Assembly (NCBI RefSeq): GCF_050586345.1
Contig: NZ_JBOCEF010000042.1
Span: forward strand, 5,362 to 45,361
From: Rhodovulum sp. DZ06
Lineage (GTDB): Bacteria > Pseudomonadota > Alphaproteobacteria > Rhodobacterales > Rhodobacteraceae
Direction of reading: 5' to 3'
DNA: 40,000 nt
The notes beneath the pieces were generated by a model. That model was not told where the DNA came from, did no database searches, and saw only the letters and a program-made list of their open reading frames with translations. Within the stretch, counting starts at the first letter, position 1. Each line of letters begins with the position of its first letter. Below, piece by piece: positions 25,337 to 35,346 of this stretch. The translations under genes and the position numbers were made by a program.

Positions 25337-26545
25337 ATGAACCCGATGACCGATTCCAACGACCGCACGCTCAGCCCCCGGACCCAGATGGTGCATGGCG
25401 GCGTCGACCGCTCGCAGTTCGGCGAGGTGTCCGAGGCGCTGTTCCTCACCCAGGGCTTCGTCTACCCGGACGCCGAGACCGCCAAGGCGCGCTTCACCGG
25501 CGAGATCCCGGGCTATATCTACGCCCGCTACGGCAACCCCACCGTGGGCATGTTCGAAAAGCGCATGGCGCTGCTGGAGGGGGCCGAGGACGGCTTCGCC
25601 TGCGCCTCGGGGATGGCCGCCGTCCACGCGGCGCTGATCTGCCAGCTGAAGGCCGGGGATCACTTGGTGGCCTCGAAGGCGCTGTTCGGGTCGTGCCTCT
25701 ATATCGTCGAGACCCTGCTGCCGCGCTTCGGGGTCGAGACCACGCTGGTCGACGGCCCGAACCTCGATGAATGGCGCGCCGCGATCCGCCCGAACACGAA
25801 GGCGGCCTTCATCGAGAGCCCCTCGAACCCGACGCTGGAGCTGATCGACGTCGCCGCGGTGGCCGAGATCGTGCATTCCGTCGGCGCGCGGCTGGTGATC
25901 GACAACGTCTTCGCCACGCCCCTGTTCCAGAAGCCGCTTGAGCTGGGCGCGGACGTGGTCGTCTACTCCACCACCAAGCACGTGGACGGGCAGGGGCGCT
26001 GCCTCGGCGGCATCGTGCTCGGGAGCCAGGAGTTCATCCGCGGCGAGCTGGAGCCCTACATCAAGCACGCCGGGGCCGCGCTGTCGCCGTTCAACGCCTG
26101 GGTGATGCTCAAGGGGCTCGAGACGCTGCACCTGCGGGTCGAGGCGCAGGCCCGCGCCGCCGCGCAGGTGGCCGACGCCGCCGCCGCGCATGGCGCCGCG
26201 GTGAAGGTCCTCTATCCGGGGCGCGAGGATCACCCCCAGCACGACCTGGCGAAGAAGCAGATGTCCGGCTTCGGCACCGTCGTCGCCATCGAGGTCGCGG
26301 GCGGCGAAGAGGGGGCGTTCCGCTTCCTCAACGCGCTCGAGGTGGTGAAGATCTCCAACAATCTCGGCGACGCGAAATCGCTGGTCACCCACCCCTCGAC
26401 CACCACCCACCAGCGGCTGAGCGAAGAGCAGCGGCTGGAGCTGGGGATCGCCCCCGGCCTGGTGCGCCTGTCGCTGGGGCTGGAAGCGCCCGAGGACCTG
26501 GTGGCCGACGTGCTGCGCGGGCTCGACGCCGCCGCGGCGGGCTGA
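25337..26545 (+). CDS. metZ: O-succinylhomoserine sulfhydrylase
   Basis: TQMVHGG..RSQFGEVSEALFLTQGFVY...YARYGNPTV.MFE...STTKHVDGQGR (PLP lysine motif). The start is 25337 (MNPMTDS) or 25346. Confidence 0.88.
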   Translation: MNPMTDSNDRTLSPRTQMVHGGVDRSQFGEVSEALFLTQGFVYPDAETAKARFTGEIPGYIYARYGNPTVGMFEKRMALLEGAEDGFACASGMAAVHAALICQLKAGDHLVASKALFGSCLYIVETLLPRFGVETTLVDGPNLDEWRAAIRPNTKAAFIESPSNPTLELIDVAAVAEIVHSVGARLVIDNVFATPLFQKPLELGADVVVYSTTKHVDGQGRCLGGIVLGSQEFIRGELEPYIKHAGAALSPFNAWVMLKGLETLHLRVEAQARAAAQVADAAAAHGAAVKVLYPGREDHPQHDLAKKQMSGFGTVVAIEVAGGEEGAFRFLNALEVVKISNNLGDAKSLVTHPSTTTHQRLSEEQRLELGIAPGLVRLSLGLEAPEDLVADVLRGLDAAAAG

Positions 26546-26655
26546 GGACTGGCGGGGTGGGCGGCACGCCCGCCCTGCGCGATGAGCGACGCGACCGGCG
26601 CGGGGCGGCCCGCGCCGGTCGGTTCGTTTTGCGGGTCTGAGCGGGGGCGGCGGCC

Positions 26656-26991
26656 TCAGCGGCTCGGGCGCATGCCCTGGAGGCGGCCCTGGGCGCGGAT
26701 CTGCAGCGCGACCTGCTGTTCGGGCGAGGCGGCGAAGGCCGGGCCCGCCGCGCCCGGTTCGGGCAGGATCGCGATCAGCGGCGCGACGCCCAGCGCGATG
26801 GCGGCGGCGGCCGCCGCCGCCGCCGGCCCCGTGCGCCGCAGCCGCGCTGGGCGGGACAGGGGCCGCGCCGCGCGGACGAGATCGGCGCGCAGGCCCGGAT
26901 CGGCGGCGGCGCCGGGACCGGCGACGGCGCGGCGCCGGGCCTGCAGGCGCGGATCGGACGGGGCGGTGTGGAGGCGGACGGCGCGGGGCAT
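26656..26991 (-). CDS. hypothetical single-TM protein (111 aa)
   Basis: AAGGA lies 8 nt upstream of the ATG at 26991 and GC3 is very high. It has a poly-Ala/TM segment (AAAAAAAAIALGVAPLIAIL). I recognise no family. Confidence 0.4.
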   Translation of the reverse strand: MPRAVRLHTAPSDPRLQARRRAVAGPGAAADPGLRADLVRAARPLSRPARLRRTGPAAAAAAAAIALGVAPLIAILPEPGAAGPAFAASPEQQVALQIRAQGRLQGMRPSR

Positions 26992-27256
26992 CGCGTGGGT
27001 CCTTCGGGGCCTTGCGCCGCCGGCGGGGCCTGCCGGGGTCGCATGGAGCGCGCGGGGCGGCGCGGACCGACATGGACAAGCGTCGGCTTCGTCTTACCTC
27101 GCCACCATCGCCCGGGCGGCGTGACGCGAACGTGATTCGCCCCGGCGCCCCCTGCGCGTGATCCGTTCCGGCGGCGCGCGCGTACCAAGCCCAGAACGCC
27201 AAGCCAGAACGACACGTCCTGACCGCAGCCGTCGCCCCACCGACAGGAGAGCCCCC

Positions 27257-27880
27257 ATGAACCACCCCGCGCCCGGCTTCGCCCCCGCACATCTCGCCGA
27301 CCGCCCGAGCCGGGAGGAGGCCGAGGCCGCCGTCCGCACGCTCCTGTCCTGGGCCGGGGACGACCCGGACCGCGAGGGGCTGCTCGACACCCCCGCCCGC
27401 GTCGCCCGCGCCTGGGGCGAGTGGTTCAAGGGCTATGCCGAGGACCCCGAGGCGCTGCTCGCCCGCACCTTCGAGGAGGTCGAGGGCTATGACGAGATGG
27501 TGCTTCTGCGCGACATCCGCTTCGAGAGCCATTGCGAGCATCACCTCGCCCCGATCATCGGCAAGGCGCATGTCGCCTACCTTCCGACGGACCGGGTGGT
27601 CGGCATCTCCAAGCTCGCCCGCGTGGTCGAGGCCTATGGCAAGCGGCTGCAGGTGCAGGAGAAGATGACCGCCCAGATCGCCGCCGCCATCGAGGGCGCG
27701 CTGCGCCCGCGCGGCGTGGCGGTGTGCCTCGAGGGCGAGCATCACTGCATGTCGACCCGGGGCGTGCACAAGCACGGCGTGTCGATGGTCACCACCAAGA
27801 TGACCGGCGCCTTCGCCGAGGACCGCGCCCTGCGGCGCGAGTTCATGGACCTGGTCGGGAACCCCGTCTCGCGCGGGTGA
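27257..27880 (+). CDS. folE: GTP cyclohydrolase I
   Basis: Signature blocks are [53 protein letters not shown] and CMSTRGV. There is an AGGAGA RBS. Confidence 0.92.
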   Translation: MNHPAPGFAPAHLADRPSREEAEAAVRTLLSWAGDDPDREGLLDTPARVARAWGEWFKGYAEDPEALLARTFEEVEGYDEMVLLRDIRFESHCEHHLAPIIGKAHVAYLPTDRVVGISKLARVVEAYGKRLQVQEKMTAQIAAAIEGALRPRGVAVCLEGEHHCMSTRGVHKHGVSMVTTKMTGAFAEDRALRREFMDLVGNPVSRG

Positions 27881-28106
27881 TCCCGGCCGGGGGTCGCGGC
27901 GCCCCCGCCCCACGGGGGGCCGCGGCTTTCCCCCTTGCGCGCCCTCCTCTCCCGGCGCGCGTGCGGCCGCTCGGGGGCGCGGGCCCCCCTCTCGCGGCCG
28001 CGGGCGGCTGCGCCGCCGGGCCCGGGGCCGGGCGTGTCGCCCAAGGCCCCCGGGGCGCCGTTCCGTGTCTGGCGCCGGGCGGGGCGGGCCGGTACAACCC
28101 GCGCCC

Positions 28107-28985
28107 ATGCACGATCCGACTCCCCTCTGCGTCCCCGACGGCGCCTCCCTTCTGCACCGGCCCGACCGGCCGCTGCTGATGGCGGTGCTCAACGTCACGC
28201 CGGACAGCTTCTCGGATGGCGGGCGCTACATCACCCCGGAAGCGGCGCTGGCGCAGGGGCGCAGGCTGGCGGCCGAGGGGGCCGACATCCTCGACATCGG
28301 CGGCGAATCCACCCGCCCCGGGGCCGAGCCCGTCCCCGAGGCCGAGGAGATCGCCCGCGTGGTCCCGGTGATCCGCGCGCTGGCCGCCGAGCTTTCGATC
28401 CCGATCAGCATCGACACCTTCAAGGCCGCGACCGCCGAGGCGGCGCTGGAGGCGGGCGCGCGCATCGTCAACGATGTCTGGGGTTTCCAGCGCGAGACGC
28501 GCATCGCCGAGGTCGCCGCCCGCGCGGGCGCCCACGCGGTGCTGATGCACAACCGCCCCCATGACGCGCCCCCCTGCGGCGACATCGAGGACGAGATCCG
28601 CGCCTTCCTGTCCCGCAGCCTCGAGATCGCCGAGGCCGCGGGCGTGCCGCGGTCGCGCCTCGCGCTCGACCCCGGCGTGGGCTTCGGCAAGAGCATGGCG
28701 CAGAACGCCGCCCTCTGCGCCGACCCGGGCTTCCTGCGGCGCGCATTCGGCCTGCCGGTGCTGATCGGCGCCTCGCGCAAGCGGCTGATCGCATCGCTGA
28801 TCGGGGATGCCGGGAAGGACCGGGACGCGGGGACCCTCGCGCTCCATGCCATCGCGGCGATGGAGGGGGCGGACGTGATCCGCGCCCATGACGCCGCCGC
28901 CCATGCCGACGCCATGCGCGTCGCCGCCGGGCTGCGCGCCGCCCGCGCCGCGGGCATCGGCGCCGCCCCCGGTTCCGCCCCCTGA
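28107..28985 (+). CDS. folP: dihydropteroate synthase
   Basis: Signature blocks are MAVLNVTPDSFSDGG, ADILDIGGESTRPGA, ISIDTFKA, DPGVGFGK and RAHDV-like RAHDAAAH. Confidence 0.9.
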   Translation: MHDPTPLCVPDGASLLHRPDRPLLMAVLNVTPDSFSDGGRYITPEAALAQGRRLAAEGADILDIGGESTRPGAEPVPEAEEIARVVPVIRALAAELSIPISIDTFKAATAEAALEAGARIVNDVWGFQRETRIAEVAARAGAHAVLMHNRPHDAPPCGDIEDEIRAFLSRSLEIAEAAGVPRSRLALDPGVGFGKSMAQNAALCADPGFLRRAFGLPVLIGASRKRLIASLIGDAGKDRDAGTLALHAIAAMEGADVIRAHDAAAHADAMRVAAGLRAARAAGIGAAPGSAP

Positions 28986-29032
28986 CCCCTGACCTCGCCC
29001 AGACCCTTCGCGCCGTTTCGGGAGACACGCGC

Positions 29033-29518
29033 ATGAACACCTTCTCCGACCCGCAGGCCTTCGCCGCCGCGGATTCCGGCGCCCCGGCCCATGCGGCCCC
29101 GCGCGCCCGCGACCGGGTGGCGATCCACGGGCTGCGCCTCTTCGCCCGCCACGGCGTGCACGAGGAGGAGGCGCGGCTCGGCCAGCGCTTCTCGCTCGAC
29201 CTCGTGGCGCATCTCGACACCCGCCCGGCGGGGCGCTCCGACGCGTTGGAGCAGGCGGTGGATTACGGCGCCATGGTCGCCGTGGCCGAGGCCGCCTTCG
29301 CCGAGCGCAAGGCGCTGATCGAGGCGGCGGCGGAGGGCGTGGCGATGGCGCTCTTGCGCGCCTTCCCGGCGCTGGCGGCGGTGGAGGTCGCGGTGCGCAA
29401 GCCCGCCGCGCCGGTCGAGGCGATCTTCGAGCATGCCGAGGTGCGCATCCTGCGCGTCCGGCAGGACCTGGCGGAGTTCGAGGGCCTCGGCCCCGACAAC
29501 GCGGGAGAGAGCGCATGA
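29033..29518 (+). CDS. folB: dihydroneopterin aldolase
   Basis: DRVAIHGLRLFARHGVHEEEARLGQRFSLDL...DALEQAVDYG is typical FolB. It has an N-terminal extension of about 27 aa, so a later start is possible. Confidence 0.8.
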   Translation: MNTFSDPQAFAAADSGAPAHAAPRARDRVAIHGLRLFARHGVHEEEARLGQRFSLDLVAHLDTRPAGRSDALEQAVDYGAMVAVAEAAFAERKALIEAAAEGVAMALLRAFPALAAVEVAVRKPAAPVEAIFEHAEVRILRVRQDLAEFEGLGPDNAGESA

Positions 29519-30030
29519 CCCTGCACCGCGCGGCCATCGGCATCGGCGGCAATATCGGCGAGCGGCAGGCGGCCCTCGCGGGCGCGCTGGCGGGGCTGGA
29601 AGGGGCCGAGGGCCTGCGCCTGCTCGCCGCCTCCTCGGCCTGGGAGACGCCGCCCTGGGGCGACACCGACCAGGCCCCGTTCCTCAACGCCTGCGCGCTG
29701 GTGGAGACGACGCTGGCCCCGCGGGCGCTGCTCGAGACCCTGCTGGGGATCGAGGCGGCCCTCGGGCGGGCGCGCGACAAGGCGCGCCGCTGGGGGCCGC
29801 GGCTGATCGATCTCGACCTTCTGTGGCACGGCGCCGGGGCGGTGAATGAGCCGGGGCTGGAGCTGCCGCACCCGCGGATGCTGGACCGGGCCTTCGTGCT
29901 GGTCCCGCTGGCCGAGATCGCGCCGGGGCTGGAGATCGGCGGGCGCAGCATCGCGGACTGGGCCGAGGCGGCGGATCGGGACGGGATGACCTGCCTCGGG
30001 CCCGCGCCGGTTCCGGCGGCGCTGGGGTGA
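29515..30030 (+). CDS. folK: 2-amino-4-hydroxy-6-hydroxymethyldihydropteridine diphosphokinase
   Basis: AAIGIGGNIG, WETPPWG, RWGPRLIDLDLL and LPHPRMLDRAFVLVPLAEI are present. The start overlaps the folB stop (ATGA). Confidence 0.9.
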   Translation: MTLHRAAIGIGGNIGERQAALAGALAGLEGAEGLRLLAASSAWETPPWGDTDQAPFLNACALVETTLAPRALLETLLGIEAALGRARDKARRWGPRLIDLDLLWHGAGAVNEPGLELPHPRMLDRAFVLVPLAEIAPGLEIGGRSIADWAEAADRDGMTCLGPAPVPAALG

Positions 30031-30237
30031 GTGGCGGGGGCTGCCGCCCGGCGTCGCAGTGCGCCGGCCCCCGCCCAGGGGGGCGGCGCCCCCCTGGGAC
30101 CCCCCGACGCGCGTCTGTTGCGCCCGCGGCGGGCGTGGCGCGTCGGGGGCGCCGAGGGATCGGCCGCGCCGCCTGCGGCCCCAAGCGCGCCCGCGCGGCG
30201 TTGACAGGCGCCGCGCCGCAGCGGACAGTCTCGACAA

Positions 30238-31689
30238 ATGATCGACCTGCGCCCCCCCTTCTACGTGATCGGCCTGCTGACCGTGCTCCTGGGCGCGTCG
30301 ATGATCATGCCGCTCACCCTCGATTTCATCGACGACGACCCCAACTGGCGCGCCTTCGCGCTGTCGGCCTTCATCACCATCCTCTCGGGCGCGGCGATGG
30401 CGCTGACCTGCAAGACGCGCGCGGGGCAGGGCCTCACGCTCCAGCAGACCTTCATCCTCACCGTCTTCTCCTGGGCCCTGCTGCCGGTCTTCGGCGCGCT
30501 GCCCTTCATGCTCGGCGCCCCCGGCGCCTCGGCCGCCGACGCGTATTTCGAGGCGATGTCGGGCCTGACCACCACCGGGTCGACCGTGTTCACCGGCCTC
30601 GACGCGCTGCCGCCGGCGGTGAACCTGTGGCGGGCCGAGCTGCAATGGATGGGCGGGCTCGGCATCGTCGTCGTCGCCCTCGGCTTCCTGCCGGCGATGC
30701 AGGTCGGCGGCATGCAGATCTTCCGCTCCGAGTCCTTCGAGACCTTCGGCAAGGTGCTGCCGCGGGCGGGCGAGATCGCGGCCTCGATCTCCTGGCTCTA
30801 CGCCGCGCTGACGGCGCTGACCGCGGCCGCCTACGCCGCGGCGGGGCAGAGCGCTTACGACTCGGTGGTCCACGCCTTCACCACCATCTCCACCGGCGGT
30901 TTCGCGACCTCGGACGAAAGCTTCGGCGATCTCGGCGCAGCCTCGGAATACGTGGCCGTGGTGGGCATGACGGTGGCGAGCCTGCCCTTCGTGCGGCTGA
31001 TCCAGCTCGCCTCGGGCGAGGCCGAGCCGATCTGGCGCGACAAGCAGGTGCGCGCCTTCCTCGCGATCATGGCGACGATCACCCTTGTGATCACGTTCTG
31101 GATCATGTCCATGGGCGTGATCACGGATCCCGAGCTGGCCTTCCGCAAGGCGCTGTTCAACGCCACCTCGGTGCTGACCGGCTGCGGCTACGCCTCGGCC
31201 GATTACAACGCCTGGGGGCCGTTCCCCGCGGCGATCATCTTCATCGCGGGCATGATCGGCGGCTGCGCGGGCTCGACCTGCTGCTCGGTGAAGGTGTTCC
31301 GCTACCAGATCGTGTTCGCGGCGATCGCGGCGCATATCCGGCGCATCCACTCGCCCCACGGGGTGTTCCGCCCGCGCTATGAAGGGCGGGTGGTGGATGA
31401 CGAGCTGTTCGGCTCGGTCATGTCCTTCATGTTCATGTTCTTCCTGACGCTGGGCTTCGTGGCCGTGGCGCTGGGGATGATGGGCTATGACACGGTGACG
31501 GCGGTGTCTGGGGCGGCGACGGCGCTGGCCAATGTCGGCCCCGGTCTCGGGGACATCATCGGGCCGGCGGGCAATTTCGCGCCGCTGTCGGATTCGGCGA
31601 AATGGCTGCTCTCGGCCGCGATGCTGGTCGGGCGGCTCGAGCTGGTCTCGGTCTACGTGCTGTTCACGGTGGCCTTCTGGCGCAAGTGA
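30238..31689 (+). CDS. trkH: TrkH-family potassium uptake protein
   Basis: A 483-aa polytopic protein with TrkH blocks (FEAMSGLTTTGSTV, TGGFATSD, LTGCGYASADY, ANVGPGLG). Confidence 0.9.
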   Translation: MIDLRPPFYVIGLLTVLLGASMIMPLTLDFIDDDPNWRAFALSAFITILSGAAMALTCKTRAGQGLTLQQTFILTVFSWALLPVFGALPFMLGAPGASAADAYFEAMSGLTTTGSTVFTGLDALPPAVNLWRAELQWMGGLGIVVVALGFLPAMQVGGMQIFRSESFETFGKVLPRAGEIAASISWLYAALTALTAAAYAAAGQSAYDSVVHAFTTISTGGFATSDESFGDLGAASEYVAVVGMTVASLPFVRLIQLASGEAEPIWRDKQVRAFLAIMATITLVITFWIMSMGVITDPELAFRKALFNATSVLTGCGYASADYNAWGPFPAAIIFIAGMIGGCAGSTCCSVKVFRYQIVFAAIAAHIRRIHSPHGVFRPRYEGRVVDDELFGSVMSFMFMFFLTLGFVAVALGMMGYDTVTAVSGAATALANVGPGLGDIIGPAGNFAPLSDSAKWLLSAAMLVGRLELVSVYVLFTVAFWRK

Positions 31690-31705
31690 CGGGCCATGGG
31701 GCGGG

Positions 31706-32812
31706 TCAGTAGCCCACCAGCTCCATGTAGCCGATGACGCCGCCGGTCCCCTCGACCGGCCCTTCCCAGTAGTCGAACCGGGTCGCCATCAGCGCGTTCG
31801 GGTTCAGCGCCTCGACCTCGGTCTCGATCCGCCCATGGACGCTGATGCGCCAGCGCGTCGGGATCTCCCGCCCCTCCACCATCGAGGCCGCCAGGCGGGT
31901 CAGCGCGAGATCCCCCGGCCCCAGCGGCTCGGACCGCCCGCCGCGGTGGATCCAGCTGCCCGAGAGGTGGTGGTTCCCCTTCGCGTGCCGCAGCCGGTAG
32001 ACCATCAGGCAGTCGCCCGATTGCAGGCGGAGCGAGAACCAGTCCCACCCCTCCTGGTCGGCGCTCAGCGGCTGAGAGGACCATTCGCGGTCGAGCCAGG
32101 CGCGGCCCGTCACCGGGACCTCCCGCCCCTCCAGCGCCAGCGTGCCGCGGGCGTCGTACCAGGGTTGGGAATAGTAGTGCGAGGCTTGCCCGCCGTCGGA
32201 TTTGACCGAGAACCCATTGCCGCCATGCAAGGCCAGCGGCCCGTCGGCGGCGAGCGCGAGGTCATAGGCGAAGCCGTCCCCATGGGCCGACAGCCGCAAC
32301 GCCCCGTCCCGGCCCGCCAGGTCCGGCCCGGTCAGCCGCCAGTCGTCGATCCACGCATCGAAGGGCGGGCCGAGGACCGCGCCCGCCTGGCCGACGCCCC
32401 CGCGGGCGATCTTCTCGGCGAAGCGATGCGCGCCGGCCGAGGTCGACGCCGCATGGGCGAGCCACACGTCCGGCGCCTGCCAGCCCGAGGCCGCGCCCGC
32501 GCCCGGCGGGGCGATCGCCTGGCGGAACAGGGTCCACTGGATGCCGAACGCCTCGCCATCGGGGCCCGAGAGATTGGCGGTGATGTACCACCACTCGATC
32601 CGGAAACCGGGGTGGGGGGCGTGGTCGGCGGGGAAGGTCAGCACCGTGTCGGGGCTGGGCAGAAGGTAGCCCTCGGCGTCCGAGGCGAGCCCCGCATAGC
32701 CCTGTGCGAGGGCGCGGCCCGGCAGGGCGGCCGCGGCCAGCAGCGCCAGCGCACGGCGGCGGGAAAGGGCATGGGCGTGGGTGTGGGTGTGGGTTTGTGT
32801 GTCGGTCATCAT
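31706..32812 (-). CDS. AttH-like lipocalin-domain / CrtC (hydroxyneurosporene synthase)-family protein, Tat-exported
   Basis: The Tat signal is SRRRALALLAAAALPGRALA. FPADHAPHPGFRIEWWYITANL and WLDREWSSQ are present. It is ATGA-coupled to the upstream permease. Confidence 0.75.
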   Translation of the reverse strand: MMTDTQTHTHTHAHALSRRRALALLAAAALPGRALAQGYAGLASDAEGYLLPSPDTVLTFPADHAPHPGFRIEWWYITANLSGPDGEAFGIQWTLFRQAIAPPGAGAASGWQAPDVWLAHAASTSAGAHRFAEKIARGGVGQAGAVLGPPFDAWIDDWRLTGPDLAGRDGALRLSAHGDGFAYDLALAADGPLALHGGNGFSVKSDGGQASHYYSQPWYDARGTLALEGREVPVTGRAWLDREWSSQPLSADQEGWDWFSLRLQSGDCLMVYRLRHAKGNHHLSGSWIHRGGRSEPLGPGDLALTRLAASMVEGREIPTRWRISVHGRIETEVEALNPNALMATRFDYWEGPVEGTGGVIGYMELVGY

Positions 32813-35346
32813 CTCTCCCCCGCGAACCGGGCCAGCAGGCGGGCGGGCGCCATTCGCGCCAGCGCGCGGGCCGAGGGCAGGGCGGCCAGCGCCGCCGCCG
32901 CCGCGGCCAGCAGCGCCAGCCGCAGCCAGTCGCCGGGATAGAGGTGCAGCGGCAGCCGCCAGCCGAAGGCCGCCGGGTTCACCACCGCCGCCAGCACCCA
33001 GGCCAGCGCCACGCCCAGCGGGATCGCCAGCGCCGCGGTGGCCAGCGCCAGCGCCACGGTCCGCCCCAGCTCCAGCGCCGCGATGCGCCGCCGCGTGACG
33101 CCCATGGCCCAGACCGGCGCCGTCAGCGGCAGCCTTGCCGAGGCCAGCGTCGCCAGCGCCGTCAGCAGCGCCGCCCCCGCCACCCCCAGCGTCAGCGCGT
33201 CGAGCGCCGCGGTCACGGCGAAGGTCCGCTCGAAGATCCGGCGGCTCTCGGCCTTCACGGCGGCCTGGTCGGCGGCCTCGAACCCCTCGGCCCGCAGCGT
33301 GTCCAGCACCGCCGCCGGGTCTTCGGCGGCGATGGCGAAGCGGGAGCGGTCGAGGCCGGGATGGAGGGCCGAGAGGCGCTCGGCCGACAGCCGCAGCTGG
33401 CCCTTCGGGTTGCCGTAATCGGCGAACACCGCCACCACGTCGAAGCGCGCGTCTCCGCCCGGCGCCGGGATCGTCACCCGGTCGCCGGGGCCGAGGCCGC
33501 TGCGCCGCATGAACTGCTCCGACACCATCGCCCCGGTCCCGTCTTCCAGCCGGTCCCAGGCGCCGCCTTCCGCCCGCAGCAAGGGCCAGGCGGCGCGCAT
33601 CTGCGGGGCGGCGGACATGCCGTAAAGCTCCACCGGGGCGCCCTCCATGCGGACCTCCGTGCGCCAGTTGGGCAGCAGCGCGCCGCCCGCCTCCTCCGCG
33701 ATCTCCTCGAGCCGCGCGCGGCCCGCGTCATCCCCGGCCTGCACGTAGATCGGCGCGAAGAGCCGCCCGTCGAGCCAGTCGTGGAACGTGTCCCGGAAGC
33801 CCCCGACCATGCCGCCCACGCCGATGGAGCTCGCCAGCGCCAGCAGCAGCGCCATCAGGGCCAGCGACAGGCCCGAGAGCTGCTGGCGCGCATCCGCCCA
33901 GGCCCATTGCGCCAGCGGGCGCCGCGCCGCCGCCGCGCCCCGGTCCAGCAGCCACGCAAGGGCCGAGGGCAGCAGCAGCGCCCCGCTCAGCATGATCGCC
34001 GCCATCAGCGCGAAGCCCGAGAGCAGCCCCGGCAGCAGCGCCGCCGCCCCGGCCCCCGCCGCGCCGATGGCGATGGCGGCGGCCCGCTGGCGGCGCAGGG
34101 TCCGCGACTGCGCCGCCCGCCACGCCTCGGGCCGCGCGGCGGCGAGGGGCGAGAGCCGCGCCGCCCGCGCGATCGCCCCGGCCGAGGCCGCCGCGGCGCC
34201 CGCCAGCGTCATCCCCATCCCCGCCGCGGCCCAGGCGGGCGACAGGGACAGCGCGCCCGGCGTGCTCGCCCCATAAAGCCCGCGCAGCGTGGCGGCGACG
34301 TCCGGCAGCAGCGCGCCCGCCACCGCGTATCCCGCCGCCAGCCCCAGGGCCCCGGCGAGGACCGCCAGCAGCGCGATCTCCGCCGCCAGCGCCGCGGCCA
34401 GCATCCGGGCCGAGACCCCGATGGCGCGCAGCGTGCGCATCAGCGGCAGGCGCTGCTCGAAGGCCAGCCCGATGGCGGAATGGGTGATGAAGAGGCCGAC
34501 GAGGAAGGCCAGCAGGCCGAAAGCGGCGAGGTTGAGATGGAAGGACCCGGTCAGCGCCGAGAGGTCCGGGCGCTCCGGCGGCGGGCGCAGGACCAGGGCG
34601 CGGCCCGCGGCGGCCGAGGCGGCCTCGGCGGAGACGTCGCCGGCGACCAGCAGCCGGTCGATCTCTCCCGCCCGGCCCAGCAGCGCCTGCGCGGCGCCGA
34701 CATCCACCAGCAGCGCGCCGGGCGCCATGTCGGCCGAGATCGCGGCGGGGGGCAGGGCGCCGCCCGGGATCGGCGCGGCCTCGCCATCCTCCACCCCCAG
34801 CGCGGCGGCGGTCTCGGGCGCCAGCAGCGCCGTCCAGGGCGCGCGCAGCCAGCCCGCGGGCGACGCGGCCTCGGTCCCGCCGCCGTCCAGCAGCGCCGCG
34901 GGGGTCTCGGCCTCGGGCAAGGAGAGGATGTCGAGGCCGATCACCCGCAGCGGCCCCGCCGCGGTTTCCACCCGCCCCGAGATCATGGGCGAGACCGGCA
35001 GCCCCGCGCGGCGCAGCGCGCCGAACAGGGCGTCCGGCAGGGGATCGCCGCGCGGGTCGGCCAGCGCCGGAAGATCGGCGCCCGAGAAGGCCGAGGCGGC
35101 GCGCGCGTAGCTGCTGCGCGCCTCGGCGTTCAGCGCCTGCACCCCGGACCAGAGCGCGGTGGCGGCCATCAGCCCAACCAGCAGGGCCAGGAGCTGCCCG
35201 GGCCGCCTGCGCCAGTGGCTGAGCAGCGCGCCGAGCGCGGCGCGGAAGGCGGGCCAGGCGGGGGCCTCCGCGGGGGGCGCCGCGGGGGCCTGCCCGGGGG
35301 CCTTCGCCGACAGGCCCGCCGGCGCCTCGGGGCGCGCCCCGCTCAT
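32809..35346 (-). CDS. ABC transporter permease with two FtsX-type domains (AttF/G-like)
   Basis: An 845-aa protein with duplicated 4-TM FtsX-like modules separated by large periplasmic regions. The start overlaps the ATPase stop. Confidence 0.75.
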   Translation of the reverse strand: MSGARPEAPAGLSAKAPGQAPAAPPAEAPAWPAFRAALGALLSHWRRRPGQLLALLVGLMAATALWSGVQALNAEARSSYARAASAFSGADLPALADPRGDPLPDALFGALRRAGLPVSPMISGRVETAAGPLRVIGLDILSLPEAETPAALLDGGGTEAASPAGWLRAPWTALLAPETAAALGVEDGEAAPIPGGALPPAAISADMAPGALLVDVGAAQALLGRAGEIDRLLVAGDVSAEAASAAAGRALVLRPPPERPDLSALTGSFHLNLAAFGLLAFLVGLFITHSAIGLAFEQRLPLMRTLRAIGVSARMLAAALAAEIALLAVLAGALGLAAGYAVAGALLPDVAATLRGLYGASTPGALSLSPAWAAAGMGMTLAGAAAASAGAIARAARLSPLAAARPEAWRAAQSRTLRRQRAAAIAIGAAGAGAAALLPGLLSGFALMAAIMLSGALLLPSALAWLLDRGAAAARRPLAQWAWADARQQLSGLSLALMALLLALASSIGVGGMVGGFRDTFHDWLDGRLFAPIYVQAGDDAGRARLEEIAEEAGGALLPNWRTEVRMEGAPVELYGMSAAPQMRAAWPLLRAEGGAWDRLEDGTGAMVSEQFMRRSGLGPGDRVTIPAPGGDARFDVVAVFADYGNPKGQLRLSAERLSALHPGLDRSRFAIAAEDPAAVLDTLRAEGFEAADQAAVKAESRRIFERTFAVTAALDALTLGVAGAALLTALATLASARLPLTAPVWAMGVTRRRIAALELGRTVALALATAALAIPLGVALAWVLAAVVNPAAFGWRLPLHLYPGDWLRLALLAAAAAALAALPSARALARMAPARLLARFAGER

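Noticed and set aside
26546-26600. Hairpin after the metZ stop as an intrinsic terminator.
   Set aside because: I found only a 5-bp stem (GGGCG/CGCCC) with a 3-nt loop and no U-tract, which is too weak to call.
27120-27256. Possible THF-II (folE-motif) riboswitch in the folE leader (GCGUGAUCCGUUCCGGCGGCGCGCGCGUACCAAGC).
   Set aside because: The context is right and some short strings feel familiar. However, I could not fold it into a convincing hairpin with an internal loop, and I cannot recall the consensus reliably. A cmscan with the Rfam folE model would settle it.
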